In this document: in pieces, positions 19,019-29,800 of the stretch
Position numbering within the stretch: the stretch's first letter is position 1
Layout of the letters: each line of letters opens with the position of its first letter
Assembly (NCBI GenBank): GCA_963422735.1
Contig: OY730476.1
Span: 4,352,001-4,416,000 of the forward strand
Direction of reading: 5' to 3'
DNA: 64,000 nucleotides
Source: Candidatus Latescibacterota bacterium
Lineage (GTDB): Bacteria > Latescibacterota > UBA2968 > UBA8231
Made by a program: the position numbers and the translations under genes
The notes under the pieces: model-generated
The model's input: the letters and a program-made list of their open reading frames with translations, nothing else
The model's database searches: none
What the model was told of the DNA's origin: nothing

Positions 19019-19819
19019 TTGGCCTTTTTGCAGGACATTTCGCTCGGCCGCTACATCGCGCTCGATTCGCCGATCCATCGCCTCGATCCGCGAACCAAGT
19101 TGGGGGCCGTTTTCGCGCTAACGCTGGTGGCTTTCGCAGCACCCAACGCGTACGCCCTGCTGACGCTCGCGGCTTTCCTGCTTTTGGCCACCGCTTTGGC
19201 TCGAGTGCCTTTGCACCTCATCCTGCGCCAGTTCAAAATCTTTGCTTGGCTCTTCCTGTTCACCTTTGGCCTCCACGCACTGATCACGCCTGGTCGGCCC
19301 GTCTTGCCGTTGCCCTTTTCCGAGCACGTACTGACCGCTGAGGGCCTGCGCTTGGGGGCCTTTTTCACTGCGCGACTAGCCGCGGCCATCGTCGCCGCCA
19401 CGCTCTTGACGCTCACGACCGCGCCGATGGAGATAACCAGCGGCTTGGAGCGCCTCTTCAGCCCCTTGCGCCGCTTTGGCTTTCCAGCCGATGACATGGC
19501 ATTGATGATCTCCATTGCCTTGCGGTTTATTCCCGTACTCCTCGACGAAGCCGAGCGCCTACGCAAAGCCCAACTAGCGCGCGGGGCCGACTTTAGCGGC
19601 CCTTTTCTGCGCCGCATCAAAAACCTCGTCCCCTTGCTCGTACCCCTCCTCGTCGCGGCCTGCGGTCGTGCCGATCGGCTCGCCTTGGCCATGGAGAGCC
19701 GCTGCTACGCCAGCGGGGCCGCGCGCACCCACTATCGCCCGCTTCGCTTTGGCCGCGCCGACGGTTTATCCGCCTTGGCCGCTCTAGGCTTGGTCGCGCT
19801 CGTGTACTATCTGCGTTAG
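19019..19819 (+). CDS. ecfT: ECF transporter transmembrane component T
   Basis: SPIHRLDPRTKL, IALRFIP, KAQLARGADF and LALAMESRCY motifs. Confidence 0.92.
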   Translation: MAFLQDISLGRYIALDSPIHRLDPRTKLGAVFALTLVAFAAPNAYALLTLAAFLLLATALARVPLHLILRQFKIFAWLFLFTFGLHALITPGRPVLPLPFSEHVLTAEGLRLGAFFTARLAAAIVAATLLTLTTAPMEITSGLERLFSPLRRFGFPADDMALMISIALRFIPVLLDEAERLRKAQLARGADFSGPFLRRIKNLVPLLVPLLVAACGRADRLALAMESRCYASGAARTHYRPLRFGRADGLSALAALGLVALVYYLR

Positions 19820-19823
19820 AGCG

Positions 19824-20591
19824 ATGCGGACTCTGCGCTTGGTAGTCGAATACGACGGCACCCACTTCGCCGGTTGGCAGAGCCAAAAGAGTGGCCGCAC
19901 CGTGCAAGACGCGCTCGAACAAGCTCTGCATATCCTACTCAAAGAGCCGATCCGCCTCATTGGCGCGGGCCGCACGGACGCCGGAACCCACGCCCTCGGG
20001 CAGGTGGCTCATTTCCAGACCGAGGGTGCGCTGCCCCCGGACCGGCTGCTCCGCAGCCTCAACGGCCTATTGCCCCCGGACCTGGCCGTGCGCGCCGCCG
20101 ACGAAGTCGCCGCGGACTTCCATGCCCGCTACAGTGCGACTCGCAAGCGCTATCGCTACCGCATTCACCAAGGCAAGGCGGCCGTCAACCGCACTCAGGT
20201 GTGGACCTATTATTCAGAGCTATCTTTGGCCCCCATGGCCGCGGCCGCTCGCTCGCTCTGCGGCGAACGTGCCTTTGGGGCCTTTTGCAAACAAGATCCC
20301 ATTCCCGAGCACCTGACCTGCCGAGTCTCCGACGCGGTCTGGTCCCAACGCGGCCCCGAGTTGATCTTTGAAATTGAGGCCAATCGCTTCCTTCGCCACA
20401 TGGTGCGGATTCTCGTCGGCACGATGGTCGAAATCGGCCGCGGTACGAGGGAACCGACAGCCATAGCCGACCTGCTCGCCAGCGACGACCGCACTGCGGC
20501 CGGCGCCACAGCCCCTGCGTGCGGCCTCTGTTTGCTGTGGGTGGCGTATCCTGATAGTCTGCGCGGCGAGCGCGGAAATGACGTAGCCTAA
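19824..20591 (+). CDS. truA: tRNA pseudouridine(38-40) synthase
   Basis: EYDGTHFAGWQ, GAGRTDAGTHA, FHARYSA and FLRHMVRILVG motifs. Confidence 0.96.
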   Translation: MRTLRLVVEYDGTHFAGWQSQKSGRTVQDALEQALHILLKEPIRLIGAGRTDAGTHALGQVAHFQTEGALPPDRLLRSLNGLLPPDLAVRAADEVAADFHARYSATRKRYRYRIHQGKAAVNRTQVWTYYSELSLAPMAAAARSLCGERAFGAFCKQDPIPEHLTCRVSDAVWSQRGPELIFEIEANRFLRHMVRILVGTMVEIGRGTREPTAIADLLASDDRTAAGATAPACGLCLLWVAYPDSLRGERGNDVA

Positions 20592-20897
20592 ATGCACAAA
20601 AAATTCCAGCGGCGCATTGAAAATTTTACCTGCGGAAATTGTGGCTTCCCCGTGCAGGGCGATGGCTACACCAATCACTGCCCGGAATGCCTCTGGAGCC
20701 AACACGTCGATGTAAATCCAGGCGATCGCGCCGAGCACTGTTGCGGCTTGATGGAGCCGGTGGGGTTTATCGTCAAACGCGGCGATTATATCCTCGTCCA
20801 CCGCTGTACTGAGTGTGGCATTACCAAAAAGAATAAGGCCGCCAAAAACGACTGCTTTGATGCGATCTTGAGTCTGCGCGGCGAATTGCCGGACTAG
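20592..20897 (+). CDS. RNHCP domain-containing protein
   Basis: FTCGNCG, YTNHCPECLWSQHVD..PGDR, CxGLMEP and HRCTECG motifs. Confidence 0.88.
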   Translation: MHKKFQRRIENFTCGNCGFPVQGDGYTNHCPECLWSQHVDVNPGDRAEHCCGLMEPVGFIVKRGDYILVHRCTECGITKKNKAAKNDCFDAILSLRGELPD

Positions 20898-20962
20898 CGA
20901 CACTGCGAGACTGCTGTGCATGCTTGCAAGTATGTGTATGATTACTATATAATTATGTCGTT

Positions 20963-22075
20963 ATGTCGTTGGCGAAATTCATTCCCCAAGGTACAGCCTT
21001 GCGCTTTATATGCTCACTCGCTCTGTTGGCATTGGCTCTGGGCCATGCCGGCGCTTCCATTGGGGAGTCGCGCCGCACGGCCGTGGTACAGGCCGTGGAG
21101 CGGGTGCAGCCCTCGGTCGTCAGCTTCCACGTACGCTACCACGAGCGGGTCCAGCATCTATATAGGTATCGCGGCGATCCTTTTTGGAACCTTTTCTCGC
21201 CTTTCTACTACATGCCCCAAGACCAAACCGACTCGGGCTTTGTCGTCGATGGCGAGGGCTACATTCTCACCAATAGCCACGTCGTCGTCGATCCGTGCCA
21301 GCTACAGAATATCGCGGCCTCGTTACCCGAGCCCGACGGCCGCACCGTGGCCTCAGACCCCAATTCCGACCTCGCCATCCTCAAGGTAGATGACGGCAAT
21401 ATGCCGGTTGCGCCTCTCGGGACTTCGGACGATATTCTGGTCGGTGAATGGGCCATTGCCCTCGGCAACCCCTTCGATTTGGGGCCCACCGTCAGCATCG
21501 GCGTCGTCAGTGCCCTAGATCGCGACTTTTCCGAACCCCAAGGCGATTACTACTACCGAGACATGATTCAAACCGATGCGGCGATCAATCTCGGCAACAG
21601 CGGCGGCCCCTTGGTCAATGCCGACGGCGAGGTCATTGGCATCAACAGCTTTATTTACACCGTCGGTGATTACTCCCGCGGCTCTATCGGCATTGGCTTC
21701 GCCATTCCCATTGACACGGCCGCGAGCTTCTTGGAGGAAATTCGCCAACACGGCCAAGTGCGCCGCTCTTGGACCGGCATCTTGCCCGTCCAAGGCATCA
21801 CCCCGAACCTAGCGGAGTATCTAAGGCTCGATTGCACCGACGGTGCCTTAGTCGTCAGGGTGGCCCGCACCAGTCCGGCCGAACTGGCAGGCCTCGAAGT
21901 CGGCGACGTGATTGTCGCGATCAACGACGAGGGGATCCGCAATGCCAACGAGGCCATTGGCGCGTTGCGCGGCTTGCGCGTCGGCGAAGTCGCCGCGCTC
22001 GGCGTGGTGCGCCACAATGAGCACTACAACCTAGACCTGACCCTCGAAGAGCATCCCTACCGGACGCGACGTTAG
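20963..22075 (+). CDS. HtrA/DegQ-like serine protease with a PDZ domain
   Basis: Signal peptide, TNSHVV, SDLAILK, IQTDAAINLGNSGGPL and a C-terminal PDZ. Confidence 0.92.
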   Translation: MSLAKFIPQGTALRFICSLALLALALGHAGASIGESRRTAVVQAVERVQPSVVSFHVRYHERVQHLYRYRGDPFWNLFSPFYYMPQDQTDSGFVVDGEGYILTNSHVVVDPCQLQNIAASLPEPDGRTVASDPNSDLAILKVDDGNMPVAPLGTSDDILVGEWAIALGNPFDLGPTVSIGVVSALDRDFSEPQGDYYYRDMIQTDAAINLGNSGGPLVNADGEVIGINSFIYTVGDYSRGSIGIGFAIPIDTAASFLEEIRQHGQVRRSWTGILPVQGITPNLAEYLRLDCTDGALVVRVARTSPAELAGLEVGDVIVAINDEGIRNANEAIGALRGLRVGEVAALGVVRHNEHYNLDLTLEEHPYRTRR

Positions 22076-22094
22076 AGGCAGGAAGGATGCGAAA

Positions 22095-22790
22095 ATGAGG
22101 CAGTTCATACCCAACGCGTTCACCATCGGCAACCTATTCTGCGGGTTCCTCGCCCTGCACTACGTCTTTAACGGCAACTATGTGCCAGCCGCTTGGCTCA
22201 TCTTTTTAGGCGCGGTATTCGACAAAATGGACGGCCAACTCGCCCGGGTCATGGGGCGCGACTCCCCGTTTGGGCTGCACTTCGACTCCATCGTCGATGC
22301 CTGCACTTTTGGCATAGTGCCCGCTGCCATCATCTATCAGGCCTACTTGCCAACCGGCTGGGGGCTGGCGCTAGCCTTTGCGTACCTGCTGTGCGGTGCC
22401 ATGCGTCTCGCCCGCTTTAACGCGCTCAGCCTAGAGGGCGAGCGCGACGAATTTTACATGGGGTTGGCCATTCCCACGGCCGCGGTCTGCCTCACCCAAT
22501 ACGTAGTCTTTGTCAAAGCTTGGCCCATCCCCCACGCCACGCCGCTGGCCGTGTTGCTGATTTTAGTGCTGTCCTTCCTGATGGTCAGTCGGCTCGATTA
22601 CGACAGTGTTCCCAACTTTCGCGGCACTTCCCTCAGCGACCGCTTTAAACAGCTTTACTTCGTTACCACGGTCGGGCTGACCGTTTACGACGGCATCTTT
22701 TTCTTTCCCATGGTCCTCGTGTACGTCTTCTCCGGGCCCTGTCGCTGGATCTTCCGGCTTTTGCACGGCGACGTAACGCAACACGCCTGA
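22095..22790 (+). CDS. pssA: CDP-diacylglycerol--serine O-phosphatidyltransferase
   Basis: PNAFTIGNL, DxxDGxxAR...FGxxFDSxxD and RLARFN motifs. Confidence 0.88.
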   Translation: MRQFIPNAFTIGNLFCGFLALHYVFNGNYVPAAWLIFLGAVFDKMDGQLARVMGRDSPFGLHFDSIVDACTFGIVPAAIIYQAYLPTGWGLALAFAYLLCGAMRLARFNALSLEGERDEFYMGLAIPTAAVCLTQYVVFVKAWPIPHATPLAVLLILVLSFLMVSRLDYDSVPNFRGTSLSDRFKQLYFVTTVGLTVYDGIFFFPMVLVYVFSGPCRWIFRLLHGDVTQHA

Positions 22791-22796
22791 GTTATC

Positions 22797-23078
22797 ATGC
22801 TGCGCGATAAGCCCCTCAGCCATCTCATCCTCATTCTCTTCACCACGATGATCGGCGCCAACCTCATCGGTGAGATGCTGCGGTTCATCCTCATTGCCCT
22901 AGTTGGCCCGGATACCATTGTCGAACTCGCCCTCTTGCGTTACGTGGAGTATTCCATCGGGCCGCACATGTTCAACCTCATCATTCTGTCCTTTTCGTTC
23001 GAGCTGTCGCTAAAGTTCAACCTAATCACTATGTTGGGACTCTTCGTCGGCTGGTACTACTTCCGCCACAGCTATTGA
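22797..23078 (+). CDS. small membrane protein (DUF4321-like)
   Basis: Two hydrophobic segments; operonic position between pssA and tatA. Confidence 0.6.
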   Translation: MLRDKPLSHLILILFTTMIGANLIGEMLRFILIALVGPDTIVELALLRYVEYSIGPHMFNLIILSFSFELSLKFNLITMLGLFVGWYYFRHSY

Positions 23079-23102
23079 AAACATCTTTCGGGATCTAGAG
23101 CC

Positions 23103-23338
23103 ATGTTCGGTATGGGCCACTGGGAAATACTCATCATCTTCGTCGTCATTCTGCTCATCTTCGGCGCCAAGCGCATCCCCGAGATGGCTCAGGGCTTGGG
23201 CAAGGGCATCGCGAGTTCCGCACCGCCATGCGCGACGTGCAGGACGAAATCGAGGCCCCGAAGCAACCTACTCAGCCTACGGCCCCCCCGGCCCAGACCG
23301 AGCCCCAGTCCAACGACAAGGACCAAGCCACCTCCTAA
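23103..23338 (+). pseudogene. tatA: twin-arginine translocase TatA, 1-nt frameshift near 23210
   Basis: MFGMGHWEILII...FGAKRIPEMAQGLGKGI; (R)EFRTAMRDVQDEIE...* continues in a shifted frame. Could be a sequencing error. Confidence 0.85.
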
Positions 23339-23341
23339 CTC

Positions 23342-24781
23342 ATGGTGCTCAATCAAGCCACTGCCCACGAACTCAGTGCTCGCCTGCAACAAGGGGAAAT
23401 CACCGCCCGCCAGCTAGTCGAGGCCGCGCTCGACCGCATCGGCGAAATCGACGGCCAGATCAACGCCTTCATCAGCGTAGATCCGAAAGGTGCCCTATCG
23501 CATGCCGACGACATTGACCGGCGGCGGGCGACGGGGGCGGCTTTGGGGCCTTTGGCGGGCATTCCCTTGGCCCTCAAGGACATCCTTTGTGTGCGCGGCG
23601 GGCGCACCACCTGTGGCTCGAAAATTCTCGAACACTTCATCGCCCCCTACGATGCCACGGCTGTCGAACGGCTGCGCGCAGCCGACGCCGTCTTCATCGG
23701 CAAGACCAACATGGACGAGTTCGCTATGGGCTCGTCCTGTGAAAGCTCCTATTTCGGCCCCACCTTAAACCCCTGCGACCCCGAGCGGGTGCCGGGTGGT
23801 TCCAGTGGTGGCTCGGCCGCGGCAGTAGCCGCCGACGAAACCATCCTCGCCCTCGGCTCAGACACCGGCGGCTCGGTGCGCCAACCGGCCAGCTACTGCG
23901 GAGTCGTTGGCCTCAAGCCAACCTACGGCCGCGTCTCGCGCTACGGGCTCATAGCTTACGCCTCTTCGCTCGACCAAATCGGCCCCGTGACCAAAGATGT
24001 CGAAGATGCCGCCCTCCTGCTTCAGGCCATCGCCGGGCACGACCCCCGCGACTCGACTTCTAGTGCCGCACCCGTGCCCGACTATCGGGCCGCGCTCAAA
24101 GGGGACATCTGCGGCCTGAAAGTGGGCTTGGCGCGCGAGCATTTTCCCGCCGCACTCGACTCGGAAGTAGCCGGTGCGGCTCAAGATGCAGCCAACGCCC
24201 TTGTGGATGCAGGAGCCGAGCTCGTGGATGTCCAGCTACCTGTAGCCGGCCACCCCGAATACTGCATCAGTACCTATTACATCATTGCCATGGCCGAGGC
24301 ATCGGCCAATCTCGCGCGCTACGACGGCGTCAAATACGGCTATCGCGCCGAGGGCAGCACCGACCTGCAAGAGATGTATTTGCAAACGCGCAGCGAGGGC
24401 TTTGGCACCGAGGTAAAGCGCCGCATCATGCTCGGCGCCTACGCCCTGAGCGCTGGCTACTACGACGCGTACTACCGCAAGGCCCAGCAGGTTCGCACCC
24501 TAATCCGCCAAGACTTTGCCCGCGCTTTTGCCTCCTGCGATGTGCTGCTCTCGCCCGTGGCCCCGACCACCGCCTTCCGCCTCGGCGAACAGCTCGACGA
24601 CCCCTTGCAGATGTACCTCAACGACATCTACACGGCCTCGGTCAATCTCGCCGGGCTTCCGGCCATATCCGTGCCCTTTGTTCATAGCGACTTGCCCATT
24701 GGCGTGCAACTGTTGGCCTCGCCCCTCGAAGAGGCTCGCCTGCTGTGCATAGCCCATGCTCTCGAACGGGCAGCCGCCTGA
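23342..24781 (+). CDS. gatA: Asp/Glu-tRNA amidotransferase subunit A
   Basis: [46 protein letters not shown] and YYDAYY motifs. Confidence 0.96.
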   Translation: MVLNQATAHELSARLQQGEITARQLVEAALDRIGEIDGQINAFISVDPKGALSHADDIDRRRATGAALGPLAGIPLALKDILCVRGGRTTCGSKILEHFIAPYDATAVERLRAADAVFIGKTNMDEFAMGSSCESSYFGPTLNPCDPERVPGGSSGGSAAAVAADETILALGSDTGGSVRQPASYCGVVGLKPTYGRVSRYGLIAYASSLDQIGPVTKDVEDAALLLQAIAGHDPRDSTSSAAPVPDYRAALKGDICGLKVGLAREHFPAALDSEVAGAAQDAANALVDAGAELVDVQLPVAGHPEYCISTYYIIAMAEASANLARYDGVKYGYRAEGSTDLQEMYLQTRSEGFGTEVKRRIMLGAYALSAGYYDAYYRKAQQVRTLIRQDFARAFASCDVLLSPVAPTTAFRLGEQLDDPLQMYLNDIYTASVNLAGLPAISVPFVHSDLPIGVQLLASPLEEARLLCIAHALERAAA

Positions 24782-24805
24782 GATAGTACATACCGGAGAT
24801 CAACC

Positions 24806-25732
24806 ATGAGATACTGCGCCTTCGCGGCCTGCATCCTGCTTTCGACCTTGACGCCCGCAACCGCGATCAACCCCAACGCCGGTACCACGGGTTTCAACTT
24901 TCTCAAAATCGGCGTCGGCACCCGCGCTGCCGCACTTGGCGGGGCCTACGCGGCCGTGTCCGGCAACATCGAGGCATCGGCTTGGAATCCCGCCGGGCTT
25001 TTCGGCTTGAGCGAGCGCACAGCCGCCCTCGCCTACAACAGCTATTTTGTCGGTTCCCAGGCCGGTTTCGCCTCCATCGCCGCCCCCAAGGGATCGCGCG
25101 TACACGCTTTGAGCGTCCACTACGTATCCTACGGCGACTTGCTGCACACCGACTTGGAAGGGCGCGATCTGGGAAGCTTCTCGGCGACCGACCTCGCTGC
25201 TTATCTGTCCATCGCCCAACAACTCGGGCCGGACTGGCTGGCCGTCGGTGCCAATCTAAAAGCCGTCTATTCAAATATCGCCGAGTTTTCTTCGGATGCT
25301 TATCTCGCCGATCTCGGCCTCCTCGTCCGCGCCCCGATTGAGGGCACGACCCTCGGTGCTGCAATCGCCAATCTCGGTTTTGTGCGCTCGGGCTACACCG
25401 AGGGCTTCAAGGACGCGCTACCGGTACACATCCGCTTGGGGATGGCCCATCGCCTCGCGCACATGCCGGTGCCCGTGCTCTTGGTGGCTGATTTCAACTT
25501 GCCCAACGACAACAACTCCTACCTAGCCTTCGGCCTCGAGGTCGAACTCGGCGGCGGTCTCTACGTCCGGCCCGGTTACAGCACTCAACAGAGCGGTAGC
25601 CAAGACGAGGAGCCGCTGGGCCTGAGCGCCGGGGCCGGCCTGACCATGAACCGCTCCGCGGTCGATTACGCCTACTCGTCCTCCCCCGATTTAGGCCAAG
25701 TCCATCGGGTCTCGATCATCGGCACCTTTTGA
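24806..25732 (+). CDS. PorV/PorQ (UPF0164) family outer-membrane protein
   Basis: Signal peptide, FLKIGVGTRAAALGGAY, WNPAGL and C-terminal DYAY...LGQVHRVS. Confidence 0.85.
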   Translation: MRYCAFAACILLSTLTPATAINPNAGTTGFNFLKIGVGTRAAALGGAYAAVSGNIEASAWNPAGLFGLSERTAALAYNSYFVGSQAGFASIAAPKGSRVHALSVHYVSYGDLLHTDLEGRDLGSFSATDLAAYLSIAQQLGPDWLAVGANLKAVYSNIAEFSSDAYLADLGLLVRAPIEGTTLGAAIANLGFVRSGYTEGFKDALPVHIRLGMAHRLAHMPVPVLLVADFNLPNDNNSYLAFGLEVELGGGLYVRPGYSTQQSGSQDEEPLGLSAGAGLTMNRSAVDYAYSSSPDLGQVHRVSIIGTF

Positions 25733-25740
25733 AATGCGAT

Positions 25741-26655
25741 ATGACTGGCCTCAACTCGGAGCAGCTTGCATTCTTCCACGCCGAGGGCTATGTCCACGTG
25801 CCCGACGCCTTGGCCCCCGAAGACTTGGATCCGGTCCGAGCGGAACTGGAGGGAATCGTCGATCAAGCGGCCCAACGCCTGCTAGCTGCCGGCAAAATAG
25901 AACGCGACTATGCGGAGTTGCCTTTTACAAAACGCCTGATCCCCCTCGCCCAGGCCGACGCCAGCGCCACGGCCGGCATCAATTTCCCCGCCAATTTGGG
26001 GCCTAATATCTTCGCCTTTTTGCACAACCCTCGGCTGCTCGATCTGATCGAATCCCTGATCGGCCCGGAAATCTACGCCAACTCCTGCCAGCACATCCGC
26101 GCCAAAGTCCCAGCCAACGACGCGTACGCCGGCAACTTTTCGCAAAACGAATGGGCGCGCTCCACGGCTTGGCACCAAGATCTAGGCGTGTTGTTGCCCG
26201 AAGCCGACGACACGCTCGTCGTCACCACTTGGATTCCCCTCGTCGATGCCAACGAAGAAAACGGCACTCTGATGATCTATCCCCGCTGCCACCAAGAACC
26301 GCTACGCCGGCACGTGCGCCCGCCTGCCGACCAAGGCGGCAGCTTCACCGTCGCTCCCGAAGAACTGCCGCCTTGGGACCCTGTCGCCATCCCGGTCAAA
26401 CGCGGCGGCCTGATCGCCATCCACTGCCGCACGCCGCACGGCAGCCAGCCCAACCGCTCGGACGCGATCCGCTGGAGCATGGACCTGCGCTGGAACGACG
26501 CCCGCAAGCCCAATGGCCGGCCCCACTTACCCGGCCTCCTCGTCCGCAGCCAAGAGCATCCCGAATTGGTGGTCCACGACCGCGAGGAGTGGCTGACGGC
26601 TTGGAAATTTGCCCGCGTCTCCAGCCGCGGTGCCCGCACCTATCGCTGGATCTGA
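25741..26655 (+). CDS. phytanoyl-CoA dioxygenase (PhyH) family protein
   Basis: FFHAEGY, WHQD, WIPLVDANEENG and HGSQPNRSDAIRWSMDLR motifs. Confidence 0.9.
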   Translation: MTGLNSEQLAFFHAEGYVHVPDALAPEDLDPVRAELEGIVDQAAQRLLAAGKIERDYAELPFTKRLIPLAQADASATAGINFPANLGPNIFAFLHNPRLLDLIESLIGPEIYANSCQHIRAKVPANDAYAGNFSQNEWARSTAWHQDLGVLLPEADDTLVVTTWIPLVDANEENGTLMIYPRCHQEPLRRHVRPPADQGGSFTVAPEELPPWDPVAIPVKRGGLIAIHCRTPHGSQPNRSDAIRWSMDLRWNDARKPNGRPHLPGLLVRSQEHPELVVHDREEWLTAWKFARVSSRGARTYRWI

Positions 26656-26813
26656 GAAACTGGCTGGAAGCTGGTCGTCCCGGAGTAATGGGAGAAGCGT
26701 TACCCGCAGTCTGCACCACTGTGTCTCAAATGGGCCATTGTCGCCGGGTGAAACGATCAACATCCTTCCCATAACTATCTGTTCCTAAAGGAATAACAGT
26801 CTAGCCGACGGCT

Positions 26814-26829
26814 TGGCCCGCTTTTTGCA
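26814..26829 (+). promoter_or_regulatory. sigma54-type -24/-12 promoter motif
   Basis: TGGCCCGCTTTTTGCA (GG-N10-GC); the ATG is 13 nt after the -12 C. Confidence 0.6.
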
Positions 26830-26840
26830 AAATCAGGGGC

Positions 26841-29800
26841 ATGGCCCGTCTCCTGCCCCTCGTCCTCCTGCTTGGGTTCGCGTCCCTCGCCGAAGCCACG
26901 GTCGTCATCAGCGAAGTGCTCGCCGATCCGCCTTCGGGTTTAGCCGGCGACGCCAATCGAGATGGCCAGCGCGACACCTATGGAGACGAGTTCGTCGAAC
27001 TGTACAACGCTGGTTCAGCATCCGTCGAGATAGGCGGCTGGCGCTTGGGCGATAGCACCTCGTCGGACAGCTACTTCCAATTCCCAGCTAACGCCGTGAT
27101 CGAATCCGGATCGTATATCGTCCTCTTCGGCGGCGGCACCCCGTCGGGATTCACCGTGCCCGTCTATATCGACGACGGACGCATCGGCAACGGCCTGACC
27201 AACAAGGGCGAGGACATTCGCCTGCTCGACGACACCGGCACGGAGGTTGCAAGTATCTCGCACGACGATTGGCCCAACGACCAATCCCTCGTCCGCAACC
27301 CACCCGATGGAGATGCTTTCGTCCCGCACAAAAGCGTCTCGCCAACCGGAGCCCCTTTTTCCCCCGGACGAGCCACAGACGACGAACCTGAACCTGAGCC
27401 CGAACCTGAGCCCGAACCTGAACCTAAACCTGAACCTAAACCTGAACCTAAACCTGAACCTAAACCTGAACCTACCTACCCCCTCTTCATCAGCGAAGTG
27501 CTCGCCGACCCGCCTTCGGGTTTAGCCGGCGACGCCAACCGAGACGGCCAACGCGACGGATATGAAGACGAATTCGTCGAACTGTACAATGCCGGTTCAG
27601 CATCCGTCGAGATAGGCGGCTGGCGGCTGGGCGACAGCACCTCGTCGGACAGCTACTTCCAATTCCCAGCTAACGCCGTGATTGAACCCGGGTCGTACGT
27701 CGTCCTCTTCGGCGGCGGCACCCCGTCGGGCTTCACCGTGCCCGTCTATACCGACGACGGACGCATCGGCAACGGCCTGACCAACAAGGGCGAGGACATT
27801 CGCCTGCTCGACGACACCGGCACGGAGGTTGCAAGTATCTCGCACGACGATTGGCCCAACGACCAATCCCTCGTCCGCAACCCACCCGATGGCGACGCTT
27901 TCGTCCCGCACAAAAGCGTCTCGCCAACCGGAGCCCCTTTTTCCCCCGGACGAGCCACAGACGACGAACCTGAACCTGAGCCCGAACCTGAGCCCGAACC
28001 TGAGCCCGAACCTGAACCTGAGCCCGAACCTGAACCTGAGCCCGAACCTGAACCTGAACCTGAGCCCGAACCTGAACCTAAACCTGAACCTAAACCTGAA
28101 CCTAAACCTGAACCTAAACCTGAACCTACCTACCCCCTCTTCATCAGCGAAGTGCTCGCCGATCCACCTTCGGGTGCAGCCGGCGACGCCAACCGAGACG
28201 GCCAACGCGACGGATATGAAGACGAATTCGTCGAACTGTACAACGCCGGTTCAGCATCCGTCGATATAGGCGGCTGGCGCTTGGGCGACAGCACCTCGTC
28301 GGACAGCTACTTCCAGTTTCCTGACGCCGCCGTGATTGAACCCGGGTCGTACGTCGTCCTCTTCGGCGGCGGCACCCCGTCGGGATTCACCGTGCCCGTC
28401 TATATCGACGACGGACGCATCGGCAACGGCCTGACCAACAAGGGCGAGGACATTCGCCTGATCGACGACAAGGGCCATGAGATCGATGTCGTCTCGCACG
28501 ACGATTGGCCCAACGACCAATCCCTCGTCCGCAACCCACCCGATGGCGACGCTTTCGTCCCGCACAAAAGTGTCTCGCCAACCGGAGCCCCTTTTTCCCC
28601 CGGACGAGCCACAGACGACGAACCTAAACCTGAACCTGAACCTGAACCTGAACCTAAACCTGAACCTGAACCTAAACCTAAACCTGAACCTGAACCTAAA
28701 CCTGAACCTGAACCTAAACCTGAACCTGAACCTGAACCTGAACCTAAACCTGAACCTGAACCTAAACCTGAACCTGAACCTAAACCTGAACCTGAACCTA
28801 AACCTGAACCTGAACCTGAACCTGAACCTAAACCTGAACCTGAACCTAAACCTGAACCTGAACCTGAACCTGAACCCGACTCTACCTACCCCCTCTTCAT
28901 CAGCGAAGTGCTCGCCGACCCGCCTTCGGGTTTAGCCGGCGACGCCAACCGAGACGGCCAACGCGACGGATATGAAGACGAATTCGTCGAACTGTACAAT
29001 GCCGGTTCAAATCCCATTTTGCTGGCCGGCTGGCGGCTGGGCGACAGCACCTCGTCGGACAGCTACTTCCAATTCCCAGCTAACGCCGTCATTGCTCCCG
29101 GGTCGTACGTCGTCCTCTTCGGCGGCGGCACCCCTTTAGGCTTCACCATGCCCGTCTATACCGACGACGGCAAAATCGGCAACGGCCTGACCAACAAGGG
29201 CGAGGACATTCGCCTGCTCGACGACAAGGGCCACGAGATCGATGTCGTCTCGCACGACGATTGGCCCAGCAAACAGTCCCTCGTCCGCCATCCACCGGAC
29301 GGCGACGCGTTGGTAGCACACCAAGCCGCCTCGACGACCAAGGCCCTCTTTTCGCCCGGCCACACGCACATCATCCCCAAACCGGACTACCCCCTCTTCA
29401 TCAGCGAAGTGCTCGCCGATCCACCTTCGGGTTTAGCCGGCGACGTCAATCGAGATGGTCGGCGCGATACCTATGAAGACGAGTTCATCGAACTCTACAA
29501 CGCCGGCAACAGTCCTATTTCTCTCGCTAGCTGGCGGCTGGGAGACAGCACGGCATTGAAAAACCACTTCCAATTCCCGCCCGACGCGGTCATCGCCCCC
29601 CACTCGTATATCGTCCTCTTCGGCGGCGGCACCCCTTTAGGATTCACTGTGCCCGTCTATACCGACGACGGAAAAATCGGCAACGGCCTGACCAAAAAAG
29701 GCGAGGACATTCGCCTGATCGACAACAATGGCCACGAGATCGATGTCGTCTCGCACGACGATTGGCCCAGCAAACAGTCCCTCGTCCGCACACCAGCGGA

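Noticed and set aside
26696-26708. GCGGGTAACGCTT on the minus strand, resembling the first block of the 60484 motif
   Set aside because: It lacks the GGTGTTAAAG block and has no gene start downstream on that strand.
27247-28935. poly-NL and poly-RF ORFs, and a possible CRISPR-like periodicity
   Set aside because: These are alternate-frame readings of the in-frame EP/KP hexamer tracts. There are no unique spacers and no cas genes.
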